A stretch of DNA of 64,000 bases, from positions 916,015-980,014 of the forward strand of contig CBDBNP010000006.1 in the NCBI GenBank assembly GCA_965207865.1, written 5' to 3'. Source of the DNA: Dehalococcoidia bacterium. GTDB taxonomy: Bacteria; Chloroflexota; Dehalococcoidia; Lucifugimonadales; UBA3495. Made by a program: the position numbers and the translations under genes. A model generated the notes under the pieces. The model was not told the origin of the DNA. It did no database searches and worked only from the letters and a program-made list of their open reading frames with translations. Shown here one piece after another: positions 36,863 to 48,000 of this stretch. Within the stretch, counting starts at the first letter, position 1, and each line of letters begins with the position of its first letter.

Positions 36863-37683
36863 GCAACTTGGCCGAAAGGCTCCTGCGGCGTCCGCCGTCG
36901 CTGAGGGAGCTGATCGTCCGGCTGGGCTACGCCGAGGACTACGCCTGGTTCGCCGGGCTGGCCCACCGACTCTTTCCCGACAAGGCGGAAACGATGCTGG
37001 CGATACCCGACGTGGGGGAGCGGCTGGAACGCTTCGCCCGGCTCTTCGAGGAGCGCCACTTTCCCCTCTACGCCCCCTATCTTGAATTCTACGTGGACGA
37101 GGGCGAGGACCCGCCCTTCACCTGGCTTAGGCGAGGCATCCCCTTCCAGTTGATCGGCATCGGCTACGACGGGCTGCATGAGATGTGGGACGGCTGCCGG
37201 GAGGGGTTCTCGGCGCTGGCGCTGCTGGCCGAACTCCCCGACTTCTACAGCGACGAACCCGGCGGGCTGCGCACGGCCTGGCTGGAGTCCGCCGCCCGGT
37301 GCATCCCCCAGGAAACCCTACTCCGCATACCTACGGGCGGCATTCCCCTGGATGTCCTCACCGAGGCGGTGCAGGACACGAGGTATGCGGGCGCGGCCCA
37401 GGCCGCCGCCTGGGTGAGGGCCGAGACCGGCAACTTCTTTCTCGACCACTCCTTTGAGGATGGCGACTACGACGGCTTCTCCGATCCCTGGGAAGAGGAA
37501 ATCATCGCTGAGGGCACCGAGGAGTGGCAGAGGGCCAGTGCGCTGATGGACTCGGTGGTGAAGCTGGCCGATTGGCTGGAAGGAGACTTGCCCAGCCGGT
37601 TCGCCGAACTGCTGGAATTCATCCTGCCCCGGCTGCCCGAACCAACAACACAACTGGAGGAAAACGATGATGACGACCAATGA
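36835..37683 (+). CDS. Acidic helical protein in the position of PRTRC protein F
   Basis: Gene order Ubl-X-E2-JAB-E1; start uncertain. Confidence 0.6.
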   Translation: MATAAPPALSNLAERLLRRPPSLRELIVRLGYAEDYAWFAGLAHRLFPDKAETMLAIPDVGERLERFARLFEERHFPLYAPYLEFYVDEGEDPPFTWLRRGIPFQLIGIGYDGLHEMWDGCREGFSALALLAELPDFYSDEPGGLRTAWLESAARCIPQETLLRIPTGGIPLDVLTEAVQDTRYAGAAQAAAWVRAETGNFFLDHSFEDGDYDGFSDPWEEEIIAEGTEEWQRASALMDSVVKLADWLEGDLPSRFAELLEFILPRLPEPTTQLEENDDDDQ

Positions 37684-38380
37684 CACTCACCGGACCGAGT
37701 GTTCCCTGCCGGGCCCGGACGATCTGCCCCGGGACCAGCTCCAAGTCCAACTGGAGGTCTACCAGGGAACCATCCTGCTGCGGGGATTCGAGGCTGACCG
37801 CAACTGGGTCAGGACCGTCTCGGCGGATGAGATCGCCAACGTGTTCATCCGGCACCTGGGATTCTCGTCGGGTCTCTTGCCCGAAAACGCCCTCTGGTGG
37901 AACCAGGGGGAGACCGGCCGGGTGGTGGCCCTGTGGCGCCCGCCCCAGGTGTGGCCGGTGGCGTTGCAACGGGAGGCGTTCCAGCCTCCCGCCCGGCTCC
38001 GGCTGCCCATGCCGGGACTGGTCTTCGTCTGCTCGCCGGGCCGGGCCCCCTGGGTCTACGCCGCCCTGGAACGGCCCACGGATCCCGAGCAGCAGCTCTA
38101 CCGCGCTCCCGCCTTCAACGTCTTCCGCGACGGCCGGGTCTGCCCTGGCAGCCACCGCTTCCCAGAGGAGGTGGGACGTATACCCGAGTCCTTCTTCCAG
38201 TCCTTCTTCTCCCTTACCGGAGATACCAAGGACCGGTCGAAGCGACACCCCGACAACCTGAATGCGTTATGGGAGGAATTTGATGGAATGGCTGAGTACC
38301 CGGTTGAGGACCTGGTTCCCCAATGCACTGTGGGCCACGTCATGGCGGCCAGCGAAGGGAGACGGGGCTACTACCCCTAG
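37667..38380 (+). CDS. Prokaryotic E2 family D (PRTRC protein B-like)
   Basis: GLLPEN.LW...LPMPGLVF...LYRAPAFNVFRDGRVCPG with candidate catalytic Cys. Confidence 0.88.
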   Translation: MMTTNDTHRTECSLPGPDDLPRDQLQVQLEVYQGTILLRGFEADRNWVRTVSADEIANVFIRHLGFSSGLLPENALWWNQGETGRVVALWRPPQVWPVALQREAFQPPARLRLPMPGLVFVCSPGRAPWVYAALERPTDPEQQLYRAPAFNVFRDGRVCPGSHRFPEEVGRIPESFFQSFFSLTGDTKDRSKRHPDNLNALWEEFDGMAEYPVEDLVPQCTVGHVMAASEGRRGYYP

Positions 38381-39005
38381 CCTCGGCGCTGCCCCGGTGG
38401 GCTACCTGGTGAACCAACCCGCCGGACTCTCCGGAACCCAGGGCGTGGGCTACGACTACGTGCTGGGCTCCGGCGGCCTCTACGTCCAGTCGGAGAGCGC
38501 CCACCTTACGGCGCGAATGCTGGTCGCTCCCGCCGAGGTGCGGGGTCTGGCGCCCGTGTCCGAAAAGCTGGAATTGGCCCACGGCCCGATACCGGCCCAC
38601 GTCTTCGAGCTCGGGCTGGGCTGGATGCTAGCGGCGCCGGACACCGAGCGGTTCTTCGCCGTCCGGTGGGACGGGGGCGCCTACCGGCTGGTGGTGCCGC
38701 CGCAGGAAGGAACGTCGGCTTCTCTCACCTACCAGCCGCCCACCGGCGTCGTTGCCGAGTTCCACTCCCACGGCAGACACCGGGCCTTCTTCTCAGCCAC
38801 CGACGACCGGGACGAGCAGGGCTTCCGCGTGTACGGCGTCGTGGGACGCCTGGATGCCCCTGCGCCCGAAATGGCCCTTCGCGTCGGCGTTTACGGCCAC
38901 TTCGCGCCCCTGCACTGGTCCCAGGTCTTCGACGGCCCGCTCTCACCGGGTCCGCGGCTACCGGGCCAGAAATCCGAACCAACATCAAGCAACCCACAAA
39001 TATAA
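38262..39005 (+). CDS. JAB/MPN metallopeptidase (PRTRC protein A-like); true start probably downstream
   Basis: E...EFHSHGRHRAFFSATDDRDE...YGVVGRLD...RVG.YG. Confidence 0.9.
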   Translation: MRYGRNLMEWLSTRLRTWFPNALWATSWRPAKGDGATTPSLGAAPVGYLVNQPAGLSGTQGVGYDYVLGSGGLYVQSESAHLTARMLVAPAEVRGLAPVSEKLELAHGPIPAHVFELGLGWMLAAPDTERFFAVRWDGGAYRLVVPPQEGTSASLTYQPPTGVVAEFHSHGRHRAFFSATDDRDEQGFRVYGVVGRLDAPAPEMALRVGVYGHFAPLHWSQVFDGPLSPGPRLPGQKSEPTSSNPQI

Positions 39006-39020
39006 GGAGGTAACGCAACC

Positions 39021-39806
39021 ATGCCCTACTACCTAGACAACCAATTCCTGCTGGACAACCCTTGGATCACCGTCGTCGGCTGCGGCGGTACCGGCGGCTT
39101 CGTCGCCGAGGGCCTCTGCCGCCTGTTCCAGGGCCGCGACGCCACCGTAGTCATGGTGGACCACGACCGGGTGGAACCCCACAACCTGCTCCGCCAGAAT
39201 TTCCACGCCGATGATATCGGGAAGTTCAAAAGCCAGGCGCTGGCCGACCGGCTGGCGAAAGCCTACGACCGGCCCATTGGCTACTCGGTCTATCCCTTCC
39301 GGGAGGAAGAGTGCCGCTACCCCGGCCTCTCCTCCCACGACGGCCTGATCATCGGCTGCGCCGACAACGCCGCCGCCCGTCGGGCCATGGCCGATTGCCT
39401 GCCCGGAGACCCCTGCCGCTGGCTCATCGACGCGGGCAACGACACCAACTGGGGCCAGGTCCTCGTCGGCAACGTGGCCGAGAGGGTGGTCCTGGAGGAA
39501 CCACCCTTCACCGGCGATACCTGCCACCTGGCCCCGGCGCCCACGCTGCAACGCCCTGACCTGCTGACCGCCGTGTCCACCCGTCCGCCCGACGTGGACT
39601 GCGCGGCAGCCCTGGACCTGACCGACCAGGACCCCACCATCAACCAGATGATGGCCTCGCTGGTGTTGCAAGTGGTCCGCCGCATGGTGGCGGGCACCTG
39701 CCCATTCCTGGGCCTCTACCTGGACATGGACCTGGGCACGGTCACCCCCACCTACGTCACCCCGGAGGCGGTGGCCCGGTTGGTAGAGCGCACCGACTCC
39801 GCCTGA
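39021..39806 (+). CDS. E1/ThiF-family adenylyltransferase (PRTRC ThiF-like)
   Basis: VVGCGGTGG, DHDRVEPHNLLRQ, GKFKS, IGCADN, WLIDAGN..GQV, DCA. Confidence 0.92.
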   Translation: MPYYLDNQFLLDNPWITVVGCGGTGGFVAEGLCRLFQGRDATVVMVDHDRVEPHNLLRQNFHADDIGKFKSQALADRLAKAYDRPIGYSVYPFREEECRYPGLSSHDGLIIGCADNAAARRAMADCLPGDPCRWLIDAGNDTNWGQVLVGNVAERVVLEEPPFTGDTCHLAPAPTLQRPDLLTAVSTRPPDVDCAAALDLTDQDPTINQMMASLVLQVVRRMVAGTCPFLGLYLDMDLGTVTPTYVTPEAVARLVERTDSA

Positions 39807-39856
39807 CTGGCGCGAGCCAACCCCAACCCACAGAACCAATAAGGAGATGAGCAACC

Positions 39857-40260
39857 ATGACCGACCAAAAGGATACCGACGCGGCCATGTGGCAGGACGA
39901 ACACAGCGGAAAGCGGGGACACCAGCTGATGACGCAGAAGCTGGCCGACACCATCCCCGCCCTCGGCACCAACGAGAAGGCCCGCGACTACGATGAGGTG
40001 CTGGCCCCGGCCAAGCTGTTCAGCCCCTACAACGGCTGGACCTAGTACATCACGGAAATGGACCCCGCTACGGGCCAGTGCTTCGGCCTGGTGGAGGGAT
40101 TTGAAAAGGAAATCGGCTACTTCGACCTCACCGAATTGGCGGAAACCACCGTCTTCGGCGGCGTTCCTGCAGTGGAACGCGACCTCTATTGGGAACCCCG
40201 GACCCTGGAAGAGATCAAGCGCGGGTCTCAAGGGGACTCATCGCCAAGCGAAGGAGAGAC
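39857..40260 (+). pseudogene. DUF2958-like gene with an in-frame amber stop at 40043-40045
   Basis: KLFSPYNGWT*YITEMD...FGLV.G.E.EIGYF.L.EL...VERDLYW reads in one frame across the TAG (probably TGG originally). Confidence 0.8.
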
Positions 40261-40261
40261 C

Positions 40262-40810
40262 ATGACTGACGAAACCGGAACGCAGGACGCGGTGAGCGCC
40301 GAAGAGTTCCTATTCGGTACTGCGGCGGATGATTCGCCTGACGACGCTTTAGAGGAGCTTCCAGCCGGAGGTGCTACGGATGAGGCGGGAGACACGGAAG
40401 CCGACGCAGAACCGGAAGACGACACGGACACCGACGCTGAGGAACCCGGAACTGCTGACGACGCCGAGGAGCAGCCCACCCCAGCCGACACGGAAACCAC
40501 TGATGAGCTGAAGGTGGTCCTGTCCATCCGGGGCGGGCGCGCCGTCATCGGCGTGCAGCGGCCCTCGGCGGACCCCCACATCGAGTCCTTCGACGACCCG
40601 GACCTGTTCGAGCTGGCCGACCAGTTTCCGGCGGTGGTGGCAAGGGCCCGGGCCATCTGGGAGGAGGAACCCAGGCATCCGGCCTACGTGAAGCCCACTC
40701 ACCCGCCCCGGCAGCGGAACCGCCGCCAGCAGGCGACGGCCCAGGGTGTCACGGACGAGAGTGAGACGGCGGCGGAACAGCAGCAACCTGAGACGCTGCG
40801 TCTGTTCTAG
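40262..40810 (+). CDS. Acidic protein closing the Ubl operon (possibly PRTRC E-like), in frame with the DUF2958-like ORF
   Basis: Own AAGGAG RBS; D/E-rich N-half; C-terminus QQQPETLRLF. Confidence 0.7.
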   Translation: MTDETGTQDAVSAEEFLFGTAADDSPDDALEELPAGGATDEAGDTEADAEPEDDTDTDAEEPGTADDAEEQPTPADTETTDELKVVLSIRGGRAVIGVQRPSADPHIESFDDPDLFELADQFPAVVARARAIWEEEPRHPAYVKPTHPPRQRNRRQQATAQGVTDESETAAEQQQPETLRLF

Positions 40811-40938
40811 GGGACGCCGCTCGCCCTGTACTTGGGAGAATAGGGGAGGGACGCTATTTCAGCGTACCTCCCCGACAGTGCATATATGCGGCCCTTTTGG
40901 CGTTTCAGGCCAAAGGCGCTTCCATAAGACGTACCGGA

Positions 40939-41184
40939 TTACCCGGTCAGCAGGTGGCGGAGGCCCAGCTCGTCGGCCAGCTGCAGTAGCGCCATCAGGT
41001 GCTCGGCGCTGGGCCGGATTCCCAGGTTCCTCCAGCGCCACAACGTGTGTGGATAGGCGCCGATGCGGCGGGCTATTTCCGACCAGGGCAGCCCCGACTC
41101 CTCCCGGAACCTCTCCAGGCGCTGCGGGAAGTCGTCTGGAAACTCATAGGTATCTATGTTGTAGTAGATCCGTTGCCTCGGCAT
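40939..41184 (-). CDS. XRE-family HTH regulator
   Basis: DFPQRLERFREESGLPWSEIARRIGAYPHTLWRW. Confidence 0.85.
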   Translation of the reverse strand: MPRQRIYYNIDTYEFPDDFPQRLERFREESGLPWSEIARRIGAYPHTLWRWRNLGIRPSAEHLMALLQLADELGLRHLLTG

Positions 41185-41255
41185 TCTGCCGGTCCCTTGT
41201 TAGCTGGGGCGGGTTTCGAGTTTCGTGTGGCGCAGGCTATCGCGCTCGGCGGCGG

Positions 41256-41558
41256 TCAGGCGTTGTTCCACAGGTCGGTCTCCATTTCGAGGTCGCGGGC
41301 GATGCGCCGGAGCATCAGCACCACCAGCGCCCCCACGACAGCGTCCAGCCCGTAGCGGTTGGGGTCGCGCTGTACGCCGGCGGCCAGCTCGTAGGCCTCC
41401 GCCACCGCGGAGTAGGCCCAGCCGATCTGGGTGGCCTTGGTCTGGTCGTCGGTCTCGAGGACCTGCGCCACTGGAGTAAGCACGTTGAGCGCGTCGCAGA
41501 TGAAGTGCAGGTCCCGTGCCGCTTCCACCACCGGTTCGGGGAGGCTGCTCGTGGTCAT
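41256..41558 (-). CDS. Hypothetical helical protein
   Basis: AGGAG RBS; co-oriented with the HTH gene. Confidence 0.55.
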   Translation of the reverse strand: MTTSSLPEPVVEAARDLHFICDALNVLTPVAQVLETDDQTKATQIGWAYSAVAEAYELAAGVQRDPNRYGLDAVVGALVVLMLRRIARDLEMETDLWNNA

Positions 41559-41579
41559 GTCATCGTCTCCTGCCCGCTC

Positions 41580-41975
41580 TCAATCAGGCCGGCGCTGGCG
41601 GCGTCCCGCATCGGACCAGCCGCCCATTCCGGTGTTCGAGCGGCAGCGTCGGCCGGTCAATCGGTAGTGGCGGCACCCAGCGGGGCCCGCGCCATGGGTG
41701 TTGACGTTGTGGGACCTGATCTGCAATTGGTACTGCGTACTGGTCGTCAGGCGTTGAATGGGATCGAGGTTTTCCTGGACCTCATGTGGCCTCCTGACGC
41801 TGGCGCCATCGGAGGAACCGTCTTTGCTGTGGCGAATGGTGCATTCGTTCATTGCTTGTCTGCCCGCCCAGCCCTGGCAGTCCACCTTTTGGTTGGGGTC
41901 GTGGTCCGGACCGTCGTAGGACAGTTCGGTGGCCATTCGGGACCGCGCAGCAATGGTTCCGGTGTTCAGCGACAC
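41580..41975 (-). pseudogene. Possible degenerate fibronectin type III fragment
   Basis: IQRLTTSTQYQLQIRSHNVNTHGAGP resembles the FN3 C-terminal motif GL...T.Y..QVRA.N..G.G. Confidence 0.35.
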
Positions 41976-42018
41976 CGCCTATTTCTCGGTTCGGGTGCAC
42001 CGCCGCGGGCTGCAGACC

Positions 42019-42047
42019 GGCGGGGGCGAAGCTCCTTCGCCCCCGCC
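42019..42047 (-). terminator. Hairpin downstream of the adhesin gene
   Basis: GGCGGGGGCGAAG-CTC-CTTCGCCCCCGCC, a 13-bp stem 12 nt after the stop. Confidence 0.6.
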
Positions 42048-42059
42048 TTGTCCTAGTCC

Positions 42060-45000
42060 CTAGAAACTGCACGTGGCGCCGGTGGGGTTAGCCCACGCTA
42101 CGTTGCTGCCCGGGCCTGAGCTGTTCACGAGCAGAGTGATGACGCCATCCGAGGTACTGTTGCCGCTGTTGTCCTTGCTGGTAACCGTGATTTTCCAGTT
42201 GACGCCGTCGGCCGCGCTTGTCCAATTGACCTGTCCATTGCCATTGCCTTTACCGGAACCGATGCATATCCAGATCTTCTCCCCCGAGGCGTAAGCGGAA
42301 ATGGTGTCATTGCCGAAACTGCCGAAGAAGATGAACTCATCGGTGCCGGCGGCACCAGCCAGGAGGTCGTTGCCCGCGCCGCCCCTGAGCCTGTCGTTGC
42401 CGCCGCCGCCGGACATGGTGTCGTTGCCCTCGCGGCCCCAGAGCACGTTGGCGTTTCCGTCGCCGGTGAAGATGTCGTTGTGCGCCGAGCCGGTGATATT
42501 CTCGAAGTTGGAGATGGTGTCCCCCGCGGCATGGCCGCCGCTCGCGTTACCGTTGATGCTCACGTTTACCGCGGCGTCGGAACCGACATAGCTTACCGTG
42601 TCGGTGCCGGCGCTGCCGTCCAGCGTGTCTGCACCCGCCCCGCCATTGATGGTGTCTGCTCCCGCGCCGCCCGTGATCCTGTTGGCGTTTGCGTCGCCGG
42701 TGAGGGTGTCGGCGTGCGCCGAGCCGATCAGGTTCTGGATGCCGAAAAGGCTATCGCCTGAGGCATGGCCGCCGCTGCCGTTAGTGGTAGCGATGTTGAC
42801 CGCAACCCCGGCGTTCGAAGAGGCGTAGGACGCCGTGTCGTTGCCCGCTTGGCCCCTCAGGGTGTCGGCGCCGGCAAGGCCCTCCAGGGTGTCGTCGCCG
42901 TTGCCGCCGTAGATCTCGTTGGCGTTTGCATCGCCGGTGAGGGTGTCGTCGTGGGCCGAGCCGATCAGGTTCTGGATGCCGAAAAAGGTATCGCCTGCGG
43001 CATGGCCGCCGCTGGCGCTATTGTTGCCGATGTGGACCGTAACCCCGGCGCCCGAAGAGGCGTAGGTCACCGTGTTGTTGCCCACTTGGCCCCTCAGGGT
43101 GTCGGCACCGGCAAGGCCCTCCAGGATGTCGTCGCCGTTGCCGCCGTAGATCTCGTTGGCGTTAGCGTCGCCGGTGAGGGTGTCGGCGTGGGCCGAGCCG
43201 ATCAGGTTCAGGATGTCGAAAAGGCGATCGCCTGCGGCATGGCCGCCGCTGGCGGTATTGTTGCCGATGTGGACCGTAACCGCGGCGCCCGAAGAGGCGT
43301 AGGACGCCGTGTCGTTGCCCGCTTGGCCCCTCAGGGTGTCGGCACCGGCAAGGCCCTCTAGGGTGTCGTCGCCCGCGCCGCCCTCGATCACGTTGGCGTT
43401 TGCGTCGCCGGTGAGGGTGTCGGCGTGGGCCGAGCCGATCAGGTTCTCGAATCCGCCAAGTCCCGTATCTCCCTGTGCGTGCCCGCCGCTGGCGGTCCGG
43501 TCGGCGATGTTGACCGTGACCCCAGCGCCCGAAGAGGCGTAGGACAAGGTGTCCCCCGTGCCGCCTTCACCCCACAATGTATCGCTGCCGGATCCCCCTT
43601 CCAGGGTGTCGTCGCCGTCTCCGCCTTCCAATGTGTCAGCACCCGACCCGCCATACAACGTGTCGTTGCCTTCCTGACCTTGAACGGCGTCATTACCGCT
43701 TCCGCCGTACAGGACGTCGTCGCCAAAACCGCCGTACATATCGTCGTTATGGGCATTACCATACAACGTGTCGTCGCCGCGGTTACCGATGAGGGTGTCG
43801 GCGCCATTATTGCCTCTGATGGTGTCATTGCCGTCCATGCCTTTGATGTTGTCATCACCATAATAGCCCTGAAAAATGTTGTCTTCGGCATCGCCAATGA
43901 CGATGTCAGGACCTAGCGTCATTAGAAATTCCTCAATGCTGGTGAAGGTGTCGCCGACGGCCTGGCCAGTGTTGTTGGATGGTGTGGTTAGGTCGAATGT
44001 GATACCAGAATCTATCCATGGCCAGTAGTAAAATACCATGTCATAGCCGGCTCCGCCGTCGAAGCTGTCGTCGGCGCCAAATCCAATAAACCAGTTGTTG
44101 TCAGCGTTGCCGATCAACGTGTCATCGTGTACCGAGCCCCACGCGCCCTCAATGGAGATGTACGTGTCGCCCTCGGCGTGGCCGCCGGTGCCCTTGCCCG
44201 TGGTCAAGTTCACGGTTACACCAGCATCGCTTTCCGTGTAATCGACCCAGTCTCCCTCCCACCTTTTTTGGTCTAGGGTGCCGCCGTTCAAGATGTCGGC
44301 GCCGGGACCGCCCCCGAGCTGGTCCGTGCCTGGGCCTCCCATTAAGGTGTCGTCGCCGTCCTGGCCCCACAATTTGTCCTCACCAGAGCCTCCGATTAGT
44401 CTGTCGTCGCCCGCGCCTCCCCACTGCGTGCTAGCGCCCCCCAAGTCCGTGATCACGTTGTTGTTGGCGTCGCCGGTGAGAAAGTCGTGGTACTCCGACC
44501 CGGTGATATTTTCGCAGTTGGAGATGGTGTCCCCCTGGGCATCGCCGCCGCTTGCCGTACTGTCGCTGATGTTCACGGTTACCCCGGCGCTGGAACCGGC
44601 ATAGCTTAGCGTGTCGCTGCCGCCGGCGCAGTCCAGCGTGTCGCCGCCCGCGCCGCCCTCGATCACGTTTGCGTTCGCGTCGCCGGTGAGGGTGTCGGCG
44701 TGCGTCGAGCCGAGGATGTTCTCGAAGTTGGAGAGGGTGTCCCCCGCGGCATCGCCGCCGCTTACCGTACCGTTGATGGTCACGGTTACCGCGGCGCTGG
44801 AACCAGCATAGCTTACCGTGTCGGTGCCGGCGCCGCCGTTCTTCGTGTCGCCCCCCGCGCCGCCCTCGATCACATCGTCGCCGCCGCGGCCGGTGAGGGC
44901 GTCTGCTCCCGCGGCGCCCTTGAGGACGTTGACATTTGCGTCGCCGGCCAGGGTGTCGGCGACCGCCGAGCCGGTCAGGTTCTCACAGTTGGAGATGGTG

Positions 45001-48000
45001 TCACTGGCGGCGTGGCCGCCGCTGGCGGTATTCTCGAACAGTTTTACCGTCACCCCGGCGTTGGAGGAGGCGTAGGACAGCGTGTCGACGCCGTCGCCGC
45101 AGTTCAGAGTGTCCCCGCCGGCAAGGCCCTCCAGGGTGTCGTCGCCCCCTTCGCCTCCGAGGACGTTGGCGTTTGCGTCGCCGGTGAGGGTGTCGTCGTA
45201 ATCCGAGCCGGTGATATTTTCGAAGTTGGAGATGGTGTCGCCTTCGGCATCGCCGCCGCTCGTCGTATTGTCGTTGAGGCTCACGGTTACCGCTGCGCTG
45301 GAACCGGTATAGCTTACCGTGTCGCTGCCGGCGGCGCCGTCCAGGGTGTCATCTCCCGCGCCGCCCTCGAACACGTTGGCGTTTCCGTCGCCGGTGAAGC
45401 TGTCGTCGTAAACCGAGCCGTCGTACCGCTCGATGCTGGTGAAGGTGTTGCTCCTGGCTATATCCTCGTTATTGGTGGCGTCGGCCAGGTCGAGGGTCAC
45501 CCCGACGTCCGCTCTCGCGTAGGATACGATGTCCGTTCCGGCCCCGCCGTCGAGATTTGCGCCATAGCCGCTGAACAGCGTGTCGTCGCCGGCGCCGCCG
45601 CTCAGGGCGGCGTTACTGGACTGGCTGCCGTCCAGCACGTCGTCGCCGTCTCCGCCCTCCAGCTTCTCGGTGCTGCCCCCGCCGCCTATGAGGTGGTCGT
45701 TGCCGGCCAGGCCGACGATGTAGTCAGGACCAAACACGCCGACCAGCCGGTCCACCCCCGACGTGCCGTATGACACGGAGTCGTAGTTGGCGTTGGCGTG
45801 GAAGCTGTGGGCCCCGCTCTTCACCGAGCGGATCTGGAAGAAGTAGTTGTGACCGGCGGTCAGCCCGGTGACGTCAACCTCCAGCGTGCCCGTCCCGTCA
45901 TCGGTGGGAGTGCCGGTATCCGTCCAGGCGCTGAAGTCGGACCATCTCGGGTTGGCGGCGTCGGGGTCCCGGGTCTGGTACCGGTACTGGTGGGTTGTGC
46001 CGGTGCCGCTGGGTTTAGTCCAACTGAGCGTGATCTTGCCGTCCCCCGGCTCGACCTCGAAATTGCCGGGAGGGGCCTCATCCTGAAGGACGACTGCCTG
46101 CAGGTTGGTTCCGTTGTTTCTGACGCCCTTGGCTATCAACTGGGCGACAGTCCAGGGCGCGCCGTCGTTGCCGAACAGCGCCAAGCCCTCCAGGCTGGTC
46201 AGGGGCGTGAACACTCCGTCGGGCAGTATGTTCGGCGAGGTCTTTGTGAATCCGTTGTTCGCCAGGTCCAGCTCCTTCAGGTTGGTCAGGCCGGTGAACA
46301 CGTTTGCGTTCAGGCTGGTCAGCAGGGCAGTGGTCTTGGGCTCGAACTCGTTGTCCTCGTCCTGTTCGAACTGGTTGTTGAGCGCCAGCCACTCGAGGCT
46401 GGACAAATCCTCGAACACACTTGCCGTCGCGGACGCCGGCAACCCGGTAGAGGTGAGTTCGTTTCGGCCCAGGTCCAGATACCAGAGATTGCTCAGGCCG
46501 TCGAATACGTTCACGTCGAGGGTTGCGATCTGGTTCCGGCTGAGGTCCAGCCACCACAGGTCTGTCAGCCTGCTGCCCGTGGCGCCGAACGCATTGGCGG
46601 GCAGCGAGTTGATCCGGGTACCGGCCAGATGCAAGGTCTTCAGGTTGGGCGCACCAACGAAGCAGTTCCCCGGAAGCGCAGCGCCGGTGCCACCGATATC
46701 CTTGTTGTTATTCAGGTTGATGTCCGTCACACTGTCGCCCCATTTGCCAGTGCCGCAGACATCGGTCCACGCCGTGAACGAGTTGCTGGACACATCCACT
46801 TCCCTCAGGCTGCTCATGCCGGAGAAGTCTTCGGTTCTCAGCGAGCGCAGCCCCGTGTTCGATAGGCCCAGCCTGGTCACCCGTGACAAGTCCTCAGCGG
46901 TGATGTTCTCACAGGCCTTGCCGAGGAGCTTCACCAGGACGTCCCTCACCTGGGGCGTCCGGTCGCAGACGGACGACAGAGCGGATGCAGGTGCGGCCTC
47001 CCAGTTGGTGCGGAACTCCCCCGTCACGGAGGCGGAGAGACCGCCGGGGTCGGTGGCCGTCAGCGTCACCGTGGTGACCAGCGGCTTTGGCAGCGCGGGG
47101 GTGACGGCGCCCCAGTCGTCGTCGGCGTCCAGCCGTATGAACACCCGCTGGGCGCTTTTCAGGACGTACACCGTATCCACCAGCCCGCTGCGGTCAGCGG
47201 GGATCGAGACGGTGTAGGTCAGCGTGTCGCCGTTGGGGTCGGAAAAGATGCCGTCGTAGACCTTGCTGACCAGGGTGCCCCGGGGCGCATTGTCCGTTCC
47301 GGTGAAGCCCTGGTACCGTTCCGCCTGGTCATCGACCACCGGGCCAAAGTTGACAGTAGTCTCGTCAACATCGGTGATCGTTATGGTCACGCCCAAGGTC
47401 GAGGTGTTCGTCCCGTCCGATGCGGTGAGGGTCACCGAGTACGAATCCTTGGTCTCGTAGTCCGGGGCGGCGTTGAACGTGAGCGTGCCGTCGGCGAAAG
47501 TAAAGCTCGCCGCGTCCGTTCCGCCCAGGGTCTGCGTGGCCGTCCCTCCCTCAGGGTCTGCAGCCGAGTATTGGCCCACGCCGGACCCGGAATGCTCGGC
47601 GAAGCTCACCGTGGCCGGACCGGTGATCACCGGCGCCTCGTCCACGTCCAGGACGGTTACCGTTACGTCCAACTTCGTGGTCTCCCCGCTCCCGCCCGCG
47701 TCGGTAGCTTGAATGGTTACCTCGTACACTCCGTCGCCATTGGCGTCGGCCGGCGACTCGTAGTCCGGCGTGGCGTTCAAGTCCAGACCGACGCGCACCT
47801 CGTTGCCACTCCGAATGTCATAGGCGGAGAAACTGGCGGCGTCAGCTCCGGCGAGGGAGGTGGTAATCCGGTCGTTCTCAGGGTCACGCAACACGTAAAC
47901 GCCCGCGTAGATCAATGGCCCGTAGTTCTCCAAGACGGTATGGATTCTGATATTGTTTCGATCAAATACCGGAGGTTGGTTCGGGGTAATTGGAGTGGGC

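Larger units (their letters stand above)
9072..41184. mobile_element. Integrative conjugative element core; right boundary unresolved, may extend through the adhesin and defence cargo
   Basis: Integrase, relaxase candidate, coupling protein, VirB4, pilins and VirB6-like gene, plus a divergent leading-region operon. Confidence 0.8.

Noticed and set aside
40043-40045. Pyrrolysine or recoded amber codon
   Set aside because: A single TGG>TAG change explains it, many genes here end in TAG, and no pyl genes are present
42694-45400. Diversity-generating retroelement TR/VR pair among the adhesin repeats
   Set aside because: No reverse transcriptase in the window; the repeats are in-frame coding tandem units
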